From Octopus bimaculoides (Eukaryota): 60,179 nt of DNA. The translations under genes and the position numbers were made by a program. Below the pieces are notes generated by a model. It saw only the letters and a program-made list of their open reading frames with translations, was not told the DNA's origin and ran no database searches. Below, piece by piece: positions 38,441-51,712 of the stretch; positions within the stretch are counted from its first letter, which is position 1; each line of letters starts with the position of its first letter. The stretch lies in contig NC_068986.1 of assembly GCF_001194135.2 (NCBI RefSeq), forward strand, positions 936,299 to 996,477, written 5' to 3'.

Positions 38441-39328
38441 CACATTAAGATAATGTGATCCCACCCCCTTTCTTTATGATATGTCTGTGTGTTTGTCAGT
38501 GAGTGAGTGTGTGTATTGATACCAAGAATTGTTTCCATTTCATGAATGGTTGAAAATTACTTAACTGTATTGTACAATAATAAACAACATTTTTCTATTT
38601 TGGGTGTTTGAAGGACCATAAATGAACCATAAGTTATTTTAGGCAAAAAGGCTTGTGTTAAAGTGTATATATTGATGCAATGTACCTTTTTCACTGAAAT
38701 TGCAGAAGACAGACTTTGAATTTTAGTATTATAAAGATTTATAATTGTTGTGTTATTAAGAATTCTAATTATTATAAAAACCATTCAAAGTTAATCTAGT
38801 GAATCTAGATTTACTAGGCTTTTGGCAAACCTCTGATGTAGCATTTAGGGAATTGTTACGAAACCTAACAAGAAACCAAGACATTATGCTAGAAAAAACC
38901 TATCAACATAAGTAAACATGAAAAAATGCTAAATTGATAGTGATGCTTATAATTTAGCAGTAGTTATTTCCTCTTCAAATTGACTCTTTGACATTTATAA
39001 TACTTAAAATGGTAGATATATTGTTGCAGTCATATATATGCTTGTATGTCTGTCTGTCTGTTTGTCTTTTACTTGTGTTAGTCATTTGACTGCGGCCATA
39101 CTGGTGCATTACTTTGAAGGATTTTAGCCAAAGGAATTGACTTCAGTACTTTTTTCTTTAAAACCTGGCACTTATTCTATTGGTCTCTTTTGCTGAACTG
39201 CTATGTTACTGGGATATAAACACACCAACACTGATTGTCAAGTAGTGATGGGGGACAAATACAGGCACAAAGCTGGCATTAAGAAGGGTGTCCAGCTGTA
39301 GAAGTTATGCCAGAACAGACAAAAGAAC

Positions 39329-39915
39329 TGAGATGTGTTCAAAGATTATCCAACTTTTTTTTTTCTCCTGTCAAAACTAATGCCATGTGGGCAAAATTTC
39401 ATGAAGGGTGATGTCACCCTTCATGCACATGTGTGAAAATTTTTGCACCAGTAGACCAGCATCATGCCTAGTACACAGGCATAGTGTGCACTTATCAGAT
39501 TTTCATTTTCATGCAAGATAACCAAACACATCAATCAGAGACCCTAAACCTATGCCTCATCGTCAGTGATGGTGGTCTTTATAAAGTCTGGGTTGTAGTT
39601 TGCACAGTCCAGCATTTCCTGTCCTGAGTAGTTTCCACATGGAGTTTGGGGACGAATTTTGCCAACACTCTCTGCCTGCACAAATCCTCCTTTTGAATAG
39701 AATGCACTACTCCTGTGCTTATTCTCATTTCAATTTCCTGCATTATTACATGATCTTCCATGACTATTCACCGATCCTTCTCAAACAGCTCCATGTTTCA
39801 GCTTGTTGATGGCCTGCATGAGCATGCCTCACTGTCCACTGAAGTGTGGCCATGTTTGAAGCTGTTGTACCACTCTTTGTTCTAAGTTTTGTCCATGGTA
39901 TCATTTCCAAAGGAC
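39329..39915. mobile_element. Rearranged Tc1/mariner remnant (5' TIR/UTR on +, transposase N-terminal half inverted on -)
   Basis: GATGTGTTCAAAGATTATCCAACTT TIR-like start and a decayed start (M)TKHINQR at 39518-39541 on +. Minus strand 39915-39541 encodes KEWYNSFKHGHTSVDSE..RPSTS, ISTGVVHSI.KEDL..RVLAKFVPKL and PDFIKTTITDDE (first catalytic Asp motif). Confidence 0.75.
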
Positions 39916-40340
39916 TTTGGTCTTTGCTAAATTAACTGTAATTTCCTTAGATTCCAAAACTTTGCATCCACACCTGAAATTTGCCCTCTAGTTCACATAG
40001 TGATTCAGCTATAAGAACAAGGTCATCAGCATAGAAGAGCCAGTTTTAAATTCCTCTGTTATATATTGGAGGGCTGTGATAAACAAGAGGGGCCTGAAAA
40101 CTGATCCTTGGTGAACTCCTACTTGTATATTAAATTCATTGATTTTTTCATTGCTGACCTTCACCTTACTGACAGCATCCCTGTACAGCTCTCACCAACC
40201 ACTCATCTATCCCTAGCTTCCGCAATGACCACCTTGATGAGGGAGTGTGGGACTCTATCAAAGGCTTTCTCCAACTCAACTGAAGCCAAGTACAGAGGTT
40301 TATTCTTGGCTAAATGCTTCCTCTGAAGTTGCCTTTCCAG
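39915..40340 (-). mobile_element. RTE-clade LINE reverse-transcriptase remnant
   Basis: [22 protein letters not shown]...EEFKTG...YADDLVLIAES...VNLAKTKV; YADD at 40033-40022. Confidence 0.85.
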
Positions 40341-40436
40341 GAATATAACACGAGTAGTGCTTCTCCCTGGCACAAAACTGAACTACATTTCATACAGGCC
40401 TCTGTCTGTCTGTCATTGTATATATATACATGTGTG

Positions 40437-40472
<36 letters not shown>

Positions 40473-40492
40473 CGTGTATGTGTGTGTGTATA

Positions 40493-40538
<46 letters not shown>

Positions 40539-42183
40539 CATATATATGTGTGTGTGTTTATATACACACACACAAGGAAATTATATCACCAGTTTAAAAG
40601 AAAAACATGACTTCCTGAGCTCTTCAGATTATTTTCTCTTACCAAAAGGTTGGGTGTTTGTTTGCTTGATCAAATGGTATGGATATCCTGTGACTAGTTT
40701 AAAAAATGAGTTAAATTTCTTTTTCAAGAACATTACACAATGCCTGTCTACTTGTAATTTAAGAACTTTTATGGCAAAATCTAATGCTATGCTGCCTAGA
40801 ACCACTTCCAGCAAATTTCAAAAAGTTTATTTCTTTTTATAATGCTCATGGAAAACTGTTCATCTCAGTTTTTATGCTTCTCTTTGTTTCCAAAATGGCA
40901 CCTTCCTCCATCCACAGCAATTTTAATCCCGGGCCTGTTCCCTTGGTATGACCACGCACTCAACTATTTGTGCCTCCACAAAAAGTATGTTAGCAGTCTT
41001 TTAAAATAACAACTGGTGTTTCTAATTGGACACCATACAAATAGGCCAAACTCAAGTTGAATTTATTTGAGAAAATATTGCAGAAAATGTATTTAAAATA
41101 GAAAATTACTACAGCAAATTTGGACATTAATAAATACACATTTCCAGCTTAAGCCAATATCATTTTGGTTGCTATTTCTAGCAAGTCAAATGACCACTTA
41201 GTGGCTCCCTCATTGGCTTGTCCAACTTGAAAAGGTACTGGAACCTATTGTCAGCTCTACAAAGACTGACAAACAGAATTGTGCCTTTCCCAGGGACACA
41301 GCAGTATAGTTGTATTTGAACCAGTAACAACATGGTCCATAGTAGAGTTCTCAAACTTTACAGCTATTTATTTTCCAAACCTCTCCCCCCCACCACGCCA
41401 TTTCACATATGCATACATCAACATACAGTAAATATATAGTTGCCAGATGTGCTTGAAATCACAACTTGGTTTCTTAAGTAAGTGAAGGACACATTGGATA
41501 GCATTTGGGATGGCCATGGCTGGAAAGCTTTTGACCTTCAGATCGGAAGTTAAGATTATATATTTGTTGAACTATTGGGTTATATTCACAGTTTTTCTTA
41601 ATCAGAATTGTTAATGGGTGACAATAATGTCCAGATAAACCCAGTTTGATACAACTGGTTTTCTGGCACTGTCACCCAAGAAAATATGCATCACTTTTAA
41701 AATATTGTTTCTACTTATAGAGGTGCCCACTTAAAGTTAAGTGGACAAGGCAGTCGACACTTGGTGTCTCCATTATGGATAACATGAAATGCTGGCAACA
41801 GGATATGAACACTATCTTTTTTTTGGTTGGGTGTCTGCTACTCTATGCTCTTAGCCATTCATAGTTCTTATACACATATCTACATTTTTCTTGGTTTAAA
41901 TTAACCTTCAAGATCTTGCCAGTTAGCTTTGAGCAGGAATCATATCCCACAAAGGGATAATATCTATCCAATATACTGCTGGAAGAATACGCAATTATTA
42001 TTACACTAGTGTTTTCTCATTGCATGGCAATTTACATTACCAAGTGCAATAAATGGGTGTGGGTAAAAAGTAATTTTACCATTAATTTATATAGCAATAA
42101 GAAAATGGAGGGGATTAATAGGTGGTATTCATCAACTTGCAGACATTGTATTATGTCAATTTACCTGTTTATATATACATATA

Positions 42184-42270
<87 letters not shown>

Positions 42271-42514
42271 ATATATATATGCATATATATGTATATATAT
42301 ATCCCTATATAGATATACACACACACATATATACATACGTTTATAAGTACATTTTAAGAAGACTTAAATATGAAAGTGAGTTAATTGCATGTTCATATAA
42401 AGTTTGAAGTTTGACATGTTGTTCCATGGACATATCTGTGAAATGACTCATATCCTTTGCTTGACTCTTAATTATGTTAGTCATTGCAATTTTCTGTCTG
42501 TTTTATCATCATCA

Positions 42515-42557
<43 letters not shown>

Positions 42558-43026
42558 CATCATCATTATTATTATTATTATACCTAAGAGTGATTGTGTG
42601 AGAATATGGTGAGATAAGGTAATGGATATTAGATTTTTTTAGATGTCTATTTTCCGTCCCTGTTTTCTCTCAGGTTTTATTCAATTCATGAAATATTATT
42701 TCAATTTATTTCCTGATATTCAGGAAATACAGGGCCATAGAAACTACTTGACGAGTCAACTTATTCAATTCTTTTTTTGTTGTCATATTTTCTGAGAAAC
42801 AATGGAAGCATTTGTCTAGTATTTCATTATTTTGTCTATTTCAGGAAAGATTAATGACTAAAGTTTGCTGTGCAACCATAAATCCTTTGAGTGATGGCAG
42901 TGGAAGCACTCAAACAATGGATTTTCCAGAAATAGGATATTTTCTGATGGGATATAAGCTATTCCCAAGGACCTAGAAATGCACAAACACACATTCTCTC
43001 TTAAAAGTACAGTTTTTGGTTCTAAG

Positions 43027-43190
43027 CATTAGCATAGCTGGGGTGGGGGTGGGGGGCGGTCCACCTTGGGCAGCAGTTTTAAAGGGGCACTACTTTTGGG
43101 TCTACTGTAGGTAATATGTGTTTTTGTGGGGTCCAGGGTTGGGAAACAGAAGGGCTGCCCCAGGTGGCACACTTTCTAGCTACGCTAGAG
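43027..43190. mobile_element. hAT-type MITE (164 bp)
   Basis: TIRs CATTAGCATAGCTGG and CTAGCTACGCTAGAG; flanking 8-mers GTTCTAAG and ATTCTGAG (6/8 match, transitions only). Confidence 0.6.
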
Positions 43191-46100
43191 ATTCTGAGAT
43201 AATTGTTTCTAACATCAGCACAAGGCCTACAATTCTGAGGGGAGTAGAGTTGTCAGTTATATCAACCCCAGTATTTGATTTTTACTTGAATATTATCATG
43301 CCCAGAAGAATGAAGAGCTAAGATGACCTCACTGGGATTTGAACTCAGAATGTAATGACTCAGAACAAATATAATGAAGCATTCTTTCTGAAGTACTTCC
43401 ATAACAACCAACATTAATTCTATTGTAAATTGACATCTAAGCAACATCAGCATTACTGTTTACTTGTTTATGTATACAATTATCTAATGACATCATTATG
43501 AGCTATGGAGTTTTACGAGTTTGCTTCAGAGCTATATTGTTTTAAGTTCAATCTTACTGCATAACACTTTAGTCTTTTATTATTGCCTTTGGTTGATTAA
43601 TATCTTATAAGTGATAATTGGGGGATAGAAACTGCATGAAAGCCCACTGTATGTTCATATATACTAATATAATTGTTACATTCCTTTGTCATATAAAACA
43701 GTTAACACTATTTAACAGAGACTGTGAAAATAAGAATTGGTCCCTATAATTGGCTAAAATCCCTTAAAGGCAGTGCTTCAACATGATCCCAATTGGCATA
43801 ACTATAAGCGGCAAGAGAAAACTACATTTGTACATTTGTTTCAGATACTAACCAGAGAGATATGAAAATTTCACAATAAACAGTTGGTCATTTCACAAGA
43901 AAAAAGTTGTTCATGTGCAGAGGATTAGCAGAATTATAGATTGGAACACTTTGCTGGAAAATAATTACTTGGAGACATTTAGCATTATAATTCATAGAAA
44001 TGCTTTTGTTCACAAACTTAGGGGAGCCTCTAATCTCTGCCGGATACTCCTTCAAAATATGGGATGGTCACAGCTTTGATCACAGGTCTTCTCAAACAGA
44101 GTTGGCCTGGAGCTAAACAACAACAGCAACAAACTATTAATATTAATGTTCTTAAAAATCAAATATCATTCGGGGAAAAGTGTGAATATCATCAAAGACC
44201 ACTACTTAATAATTCTAATTTTTGGCAAATGAGGTATGGAAAGTGAGAAGGTTGTGTTATTTTAAAGGTATATTAACAGGCAGCTGCTTCAGAGAGAACA
44301 AAGTATCCTTACCATGTGTTTAGAGGGATCGCATTATAATGAAGTCTTATCGTTATTAATGACTAGTTTAAAAGTCTCACTCTGTGTGGACTTTCAAGGT
44401 AGCTCCTGTGGAGGGCTAATTGGACCTGTGACCAAAAACTAAAAAGAGCTAAAATAGCATGACTATAATATGTCTATTATGACTATATGTCCCAGTGGTC
44501 TTTGCTCAGAGGTTAAGGATGGATGAGAATTAATTCTGTAATGCAATCATTCTATTGTTCCAGTCCCAAGTTGAATTCCAACCATTGACCAATTTGTCCC
44601 AAAGTTCTTATCTTGATGTAATGTTAATGAAGTGAATGTCATTTATCTCCTCATTGACCTCTGATGTCATCTGACAAACACCAACCAAGATGGCATAAAT
44701 CAGCCAAGCTTTACCTGCTAGAAATAGCAATCCAAATGCTTTTACATCAGATCCCAGTGCTTGATGTTCAAGAACCAAATGAAGGGCAGATTTTCAATCT
44801 TGGAATCATCCTGATTCCAAAGTCAGAACTAACATATTTAATATGATGAATCAAGAATTGTTTATTAATTAAAATTACACATGCAGTGAGGAAGAAGCCT
44901 CATTAGCTTATTGATTAATTGTGGTCAAGATAGACTGTGGTCAGTGAGTCATTGTAATTATTAGTGTAGATACAAATCAGGTGCTAACATGAATGTGCGT
45001 TATGAAGTTCATTGCATGACAATGTGGTTTTGGATTTCATCCAATTATCTATGTTTCTCAGATTTTGGGACAAGGAGTTCCCTGATAGAAGAAGACATGG
45101 AAAAGAATGGTAAGATCAGATGTCAGCATATTGGACCCTACATGTCAATGGAGACAGGAAGAGATGAAAGGAAACCCACTGTACTACAAGAGCATCCATT
45201 TCATTCCAGAATGGAAGTGAATGTGATATTTTCTTTCCAATTATGAAACAAGAGTTTTGTTTGTGTTTTTTTTTTTTTTTTTTTTTTTTTTCCTGTGGAA
45301 ACACTCCACTGGTAATTGATCTGTTTATTTACAAGTGCTGCCTGATTCTGGCAGAGAGTCAGATGTAAAACAACTTGACTGTACTTTGGCTGAAAGTAGT
45401 GGCATATCATGTGATTTGCTGGCAGAGAGACTTTCATAATATGTGTTCAGTTAAAACCATGTGAGGCATGCTAAATTATCATTTAATCTGAGAGAAGAAC
45501 CAGCATGACAGTTATTTGTAAGCATTGGTATGGCATGACAGAGCTCCAAAAACATAGCCAGTTGTTAAATGTGGCAGATATCTTGTAGTGAAAGGATGTT
45601 GTTATTTTGGCAAAAGCAGTCTTCAGGAAATGTCTACATAATGTTACCTCATGATCTCTTGAATCTTATCAAAGGAAAATCAGAACTGGTTTAATTACAG
45701 AGATAGTACCTCAGTTTCTCAAATGGTAGGAAATAATATTTTATTAAGGTGAAATTTCTCAAGTCTGTCCATAACACATCTCATAAACCTTGCTTCAAAC
45801 AGAATGAATACAGGTACCACATTCATTAAAGGTACATAGAATTTCCAAATCACTGCCTTTGACCAAATGTCTGCAAGCTGTAGGTATGTTTGATTAGAGT
45901 TCTTCTGGATTTGTACACAACGCACTCAAATATCCTTCACACATGTGGTGGGGGTGTGTGTACTTACAGATACACTGATCTTTACTTTATTCTGTTTTTT
46001 TTTCTTCTTTTTTGAAGTTTATTTTTATCTTGGAAAAATAATTTAGTTTTCAGTGTTATTTGTATCTTCTCACACTAGTAACCTAATTGTGATGATTCAG

Positions 46101-48379
46101 AAAATTACAGTAGAATATATTTATATATATATTCAGTGTGTCAGCTGCTTCTTCTAAACAACAGCAAAATATATTCTGAGTGAGAAAACATTTAAAGAAA
46201 AATTGGAAATAAAAAATCATAAATATATTTATAGAAGTTAAAAATATCAAAGTAAAATGAAGTCCTATCAAATGCTTAAACACAAAGACAGAACAGCTGC
46301 TGCTTTGAGTATTTCGGCCTATATTAACTACATTACTATGGATATAGAATCCAAGATATATTATAATGAGCTGAAGATATAAATGGTAACTTATAAATGG
46401 TAATTGAGAAGGTGTGTTTTACATTTAAGATGCAGCTGGTTTGGTTTGTAATTTAACATTTCAGTATGTTTTTCTAATGCTGTTCCTGTCATGTCTTAAT
46501 AAATGGATATATTTATAGATGAAATGAAGGTGAATATATCTGGGGAAAAAAGTATTTGCATGTTAGGAAAACAAACAAATAAACAAATCTGCAGCTGTAA
46601 AAGCTTGTAAGATGGTAATTACTGGATTAACAAAGACAGCAGAAGACTGATGCATTTTTTGGATTAACTAATTAACTAAGTTAAAAGGAGAAGAAAATAA
46701 CTAATATTGACAGGTTAAAGAAAAAATATAAACTGAGTATCTTAAACAAATTCTAATATATAGTTAATTATAAGCATAAAAGTGTGTTTGATGAAACCTT
46801 TTAAAAGCCATACTGAGAGCATGAATTTAGAGTGTATCAGAAAAGAAGCTGACATGTGGCAGATCATGTCCTACCCTGACACTTTGTTGTGTCTGTAACC
46901 AAAGCATTTAACTCTCAAATGGCTCAGACAACGTATCGGTGAATAAGTATCACAAGTATAAATGTCTCAGTTCAGTCAAAAGTGGCAGCACTGTAAAACT
47001 GACAAGTGTTGCAATTAATTTACCTTTAGATCTGAAGAAGCCACTCATGTTCTCAGCAACAGACTAAAGACTCTAATTGTCTTGACTCACAATGCCACTG
47101 ACTCTAAATCCTGGGTGTGACCATGTGATTTTGTTGTTACTGTTAAACCATGCCATCCTTCACTTGAGAAGTCATATCTACAACATTATTCAGTGTCCCT
47201 CCCTTTTCAAAACAGTAGGGTGTACTTTGAGGAAATTTTGCTACCGTTTCTAGCAGTTTGAACGATCCTATAGAGAGTCTCTTGTTGCATGTGTTGACTT
47301 AAGGAAAACAATATACAAATATCTAGGCAAACTGTTGGTGTATATTCTCCATCAAGATTAAGTAAGGCTGTGTGGTCAAGAAATTCACTTCTCAATTAAA
47401 TGGCTTTCAGGTCAATTCCACAGCACAGCACTTTGGGCAAATAGACTTGGATCAGTCAAAATTTTCTGAGTGAAATTTGATTGATGGAAACTGTATGGAA
47501 GCCCATTGGAAAGACTTTTCCTGTTCCTGAATAGATGTTATTTGTCACCCACTTTAACACCGACATATGACTCTTCGGTGCTTTTTGTGGGTTTCACTCT
47601 TTTGGAAGCATACAAGTTAAGCTTCAAGTAAGAAGATAACATCCTCAGTTCCTCACATCAGTCTTGGAGGCCCTGGAAATGGTTATGGGCACTGCTTTTC
47701 TTCGCATGACTCAGCTATTAATAATAAATAAAAAAAAGCAACTCCAATCCTTTAACATTTAAACTGGTCATATTTGACTCAAATATTCTACCTGTTCAAA
47801 GTAATCAGATCCAGCTTCTCTCACCTACCCTACAATGTCATTCTAAAAATAAACAACCGCATCAACAAAATCTTGATGCTATAAGATAATGCATAGTTAG
47901 TTCCAAATAATGTGAATAAACCTGCATTACACGTGACGGAGTAATTTGAATGCTAAAGGGTTAAGCTAAAGCAGCCTGAAAATTTCCCAAATTATTTATC
48001 AAATGTTTTTGGTGCAAATCTAATTCCATAATTCTCTTAATTCTCTTCCTTTTTTCTTTATCTCTTAGCTTGTCTTTTATTTTTTACTTGTTTCAATCAC
48101 TGGACTGTGGCCATGCTAGGGGACTATCTCAAAGGGTTTTTCAGCAACATGAACTGACCCCAGTATTTAATTTTTTAAAGCCTGGTACTTACTCTATTGG
48201 TCTCTTTTGCTGAACCATTAGGTTATGGGGATGTAAACAAACCAACACTGGTTGTCAAGTGTGGGAGGAAATAAAAACACAAAGACACACATATATGTAT
48301 ATGTATGTATGTATGTATNNNNNNNNNNNNNNNNNNNNNNNNNNNNNNNNNNNNNNNNNNNNNNNNNNNNNNNNNNNNN

Positions 48380-48417
<38 letters not shown>

Positions 48418-50004
48418 ATGGGGTCCTTTCAGTTTCATTATATCAAATCTCCACAAAGACCTTTGGTCAGCTTGCAACTCATGTAGAAGACACTTGCCCA
48501 AGGTGCCACACAGTAGGACTGAACTTGGAAACATTTGTTTGGGAAGCAAACTTCTTACCACACAGACGTGCCTTTGCCTGTATATGTATGATTACATTTG
48601 TGTTCATTTGTTAAGTTTACATCCATGAGCACCAAACGTGTCAGTATTCTACAGAAAATAAAGGAATTCTTGAATGCAGGATGGCTGTGAATACAGCTTG
48701 GAAAATCAGGTAAATACCCTTTGGTCATCTTTTCCTGTCTTCTGAAGTGTACGTATACCTGATTGTCTGAGCTGTCTTTACAGCCATCCTGCATTCAAGA
48801 ATTTCTTTATTGTCTGTAGAATATATATATATATCTGGGGTATATATTCTGGGTGTGCTAGGTGTGTGCTGCACACCCATTGAAAATGGCAAATTCATTA
48901 TAAATATTCACTTTACTCATTGATTTAATCAAGAATCTTAATGGTAAACCATTGTTATACCCTTGCTTGAAAATTGGTGGGATCGGGTGTGGCAGCACAC
49001 TCAATACAACAACCACCATATGCTACTCATATATACGTGTATGTATGTATGTGTGTATGTATGTACACCCATGCCCGCATGAAACACAGATGATAATGAA
49101 GAGAATGACATATGGCAGACTTTTACACAGCTTTCATCTACCAAATTCACTCACTGTAGAATGGTCAGCTTGGGGTTGTAGTAGATGACATTTGTACTGA
49201 ATGCAAAAGCATCGTTTTGAAGCAAACTTCCTAACTACATTCATGGATATATATTTAAATTTTATTTTCAGTGTTTACTCTTTTGAATTCATATGTGTAT
49301 AACATATACCCCATTGAGTATTCAACAAACTTTGGTTCACATTCTATAAAACAGCATGAAAACACCAGTTACCCATTAATGAAAAGATTAACTTGTACAT
49401 GAAGATGAAAATATAAAAAGAAATGGATTTTACTTACAAGCTGAGAAATCTCGTCCAAACTTACACAACTGTTGTACTGAATTTGCCTGTCTGGACAATC
49501 TATTCTCTAATTAATATCTTTATATATTGTATTAGCTGAATGCCTAGACACTGAGCAGCTTCTACGTTTTGTATCATTTCCTTGATACTTCCTATTTACA
49601 CATGACTGATTTATGGCATTGACCTTCCAAATGTAAATCACTTCCTTTCTTCTGCTCAAAGTCTGTGACTCCTGTTCTTTTGTATTTCTGATTAGTCAGA
49701 GAGACAAACACTCCTTCAACAACAGCTGAACTTACACCAGTTAAGTTGTGCCTGCTCACTTTGGGAACTATGCATTAGCTTTTATACTGGAAGTAGCAAA
49801 ATTAAAAATAGCGCATAATAATCTCTGTCATAACATCTACTAATTAGCAATTATCATTTCCCAGTCTGAAAAAAGAGAATGAATGGCCATCTCAGGCCAG
49901 TATTAGGGTATTCAGCACCCTGGGCCAGTCGTACAGAGTGCTCTCTCATTCTCTGTTATGGCTGTTTGGTGAATACTGCCAAAAGCAGTAACTTATGACA
50001 TATA

Positions 50005-50420
50005 TGAGAGGGTACCCAAAAGTAACCGGAAGCATTCTCTGTAGTACAAGCCTGTTGTAGTTTGTGCTTCCACCGCTAGAAGCCACTTGATGCAACACTC
50101 GGGCATTGGTCTGCTGACTGGCAGCATTGGCTTCAGTCTTACTGGCCGTGTCATTGTTTTGCAGTGCTTCTCCCTTCTTCATTGACTTTTGCAATGGTTG
50201 AAACAAAGGAACAATGTGCTTCTGTGAAATTCCATTTTCTACTGGAGAAAACAGCAGCTGAAACAGTTGTCATGCTTCAAACAGCTTACAAGTATGCTGC
50301 CATGAGCAAAAGACAAGTTTATGAGTGGTTTTCATGCTTTATGAATGGTCACTTTTTTTTTTTGAAGACCAACCTTGTTTAGAGTGACTATCAACCTCTC
50401 AAACAAATGGACAAAGTCTT
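50005..50420 (+). mobile_element. Mariner 5' remnant (TIR plus transposase N-terminal HTH)
   Basis: TA followed by TGAGAGGGTACCCAAAAGTAACCGGAA; translation MVETKEQCASVKFHFLLEKTAAETVVMLQTAYKYAAMSKRQVYEWFSCFMNG matches the mariner EQR..IKF....KTAAET..ML..AY...MS..QVYEWF..F..G pattern. Confidence 0.85.
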
Positions 50421-50624
50421 AGACATAGAACAAATAACAATGACCTCATAAACATATTAGAAAGTAAAGTAAAAGTGAATAAAATCATATTTTAATGGAC
50501 ATAAGGTCACTAATAAGATGTAATTAAATGTGTATTTATATACAATAAACATTCACATGTGCAAAACGGATTAGTAAAATTGACTGAAATAGATCTGTAA
50601 TACTGTATTCTATAAATATTAATA

Positions 50625-51241
50625 TAACCGTAGTTTCCTCATTCACTCGATGGAGAAGGGATCAGGCTGTCACTGAGTGGTGGTTCAATATCTGGTGCAT
50701 GTCGAGCACCTTTGCGGGTGTCAACACAGCCAATGCACGACCCTTTGTCGAGAACAGTGTTGGTCGAGGGGTTTGACTGGGACGGTATGTCTGTCAAACG
50801 GTAACGCAGGTGTCCCAAGGCGAGCTCAGCATGGATGGAAACCACGCATCGAATAAAAGGGCAACAGCTTGCTCGATCTCAATTTTCAGTACAAATATAG
50901 ACTGTGAAAGCGTGGCCCATCGATCCTTTCCGAACAGTGGCGAGCTATGGATCTGTTGAGAAGTGTCAGTAACGTAACCACAGGGATAACTGGCTGGTGG
51001 CAGCCAAGTGTTGGCAGCTATGTCACTTTTTAATCCTTTGACATTGGCTCTTCCTATCATTGCAAAGCAGAATTTGCAGCATTGGATTGTTTACCCACTA
51101 ACGGGGAATGTTAGTAGGGATTGGACCATCGTGAGACAGGTTAGTTTTATTCTACCGATGCATCTTGTGTACACGGCACCCCGAGTCACGTTGGGGGTTT
51201 AGTGCACGGCAGCAGCGGTGCACTCACGTGTTGTCATTCAT
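50625..51241 (+). pseudogene. Decayed 28S rRNA fragment (domain V/VI region)
   Basis: Universal LSU blocks GTTTGACTGGG, CAAACGGTAACGCAGGTGTCC, ACCACAGGGATAACTGGC, GGCTCTTCCTATCATTG and CGTGAGACAGGTTAGTTTTA, with many CpG-type substitutions; isolated, not in an rDNA array. Confidence 0.93.
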
Positions 51242-51406
51242 GTTGAATATTCTGAAAAAAACATGCTTGGCCATGGGGAAATATCGTCTTGAATGGAAAC
51301 AGGTGAGGGTTGGCAGCAGGAACGGCATCTGGACATAAGAAATGCCCCTCTATAAAACTCTGACCCATTCAAGCATGGAAAAGTGTTCGTTAAAACGATG
51401 ATGATT
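51242..51406 (+). mobile_element. RTE-tail-type repeat ending in (GAT)n, directly abutting the 28S fragment
   Basis: Collinear with 7140-7300 (GAAAGCATG.CTGGC...GGCATCTGG...CATGGAAAAG..G..GTTAAA.GATGATG). Confidence 0.65.
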
Positions 51407-51712
51407 GTGCGCATGTGTGGGTGGGGGGGGTGTCAGAAAATCAAATAACAGCAAGAGAATTTTGTTTTGTAGTTTTTAACCAAGGAAAACGTATTATAAT
51501 TTCTAATGTAAGGGAAATAATTATAAAGGTAAATCAAGAAATAGCATAGGAACTTTAAAATAATTCAGTCCAGAGCTGGGGGATGCTGTGGAATTTTTTA
51601 TTATTTCATTCTTGGATTCTTCTAAATCCAGTCAGGTCATGTTCGATCGATATTTTTTTCGTCCGTCTTCAGGTGCATTGTAAAGTGTGTTGTTGCAAAT
51701 GATAAAATATTC

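Noticed and set aside
44313-44405. Minus-strand segment with a strong acceptor and donor
   Set aside because: All three frames contain stops; cannot be supported as coding, and there is no evidence for a non-coding exon.
45062-45109. 48-nt exon-like unit on the + strand
   Set aside because: The surrounding sequence resembles an RTE LINE 3' remnant (RP.KTW...VR.D-type), so the splice-like signals are probably fortuitous.
47207-47395. Exon-like frame QHMQQETLYRIVQTARNG, phase-compatible with the 48759 exon
   Set aside because: The sequence is a copy of an interspersed repeat also present at about 4900-4990 and 11800-11910 (GCTAGAAA..GTAGC.AA..T.CCTCAAA).
50625-51241. Functional rRNA gene
   Set aside because: A partial fragment with substitutions in invariant positions and no 18S, 5.8S or spacer context; treated as a pseudogene.
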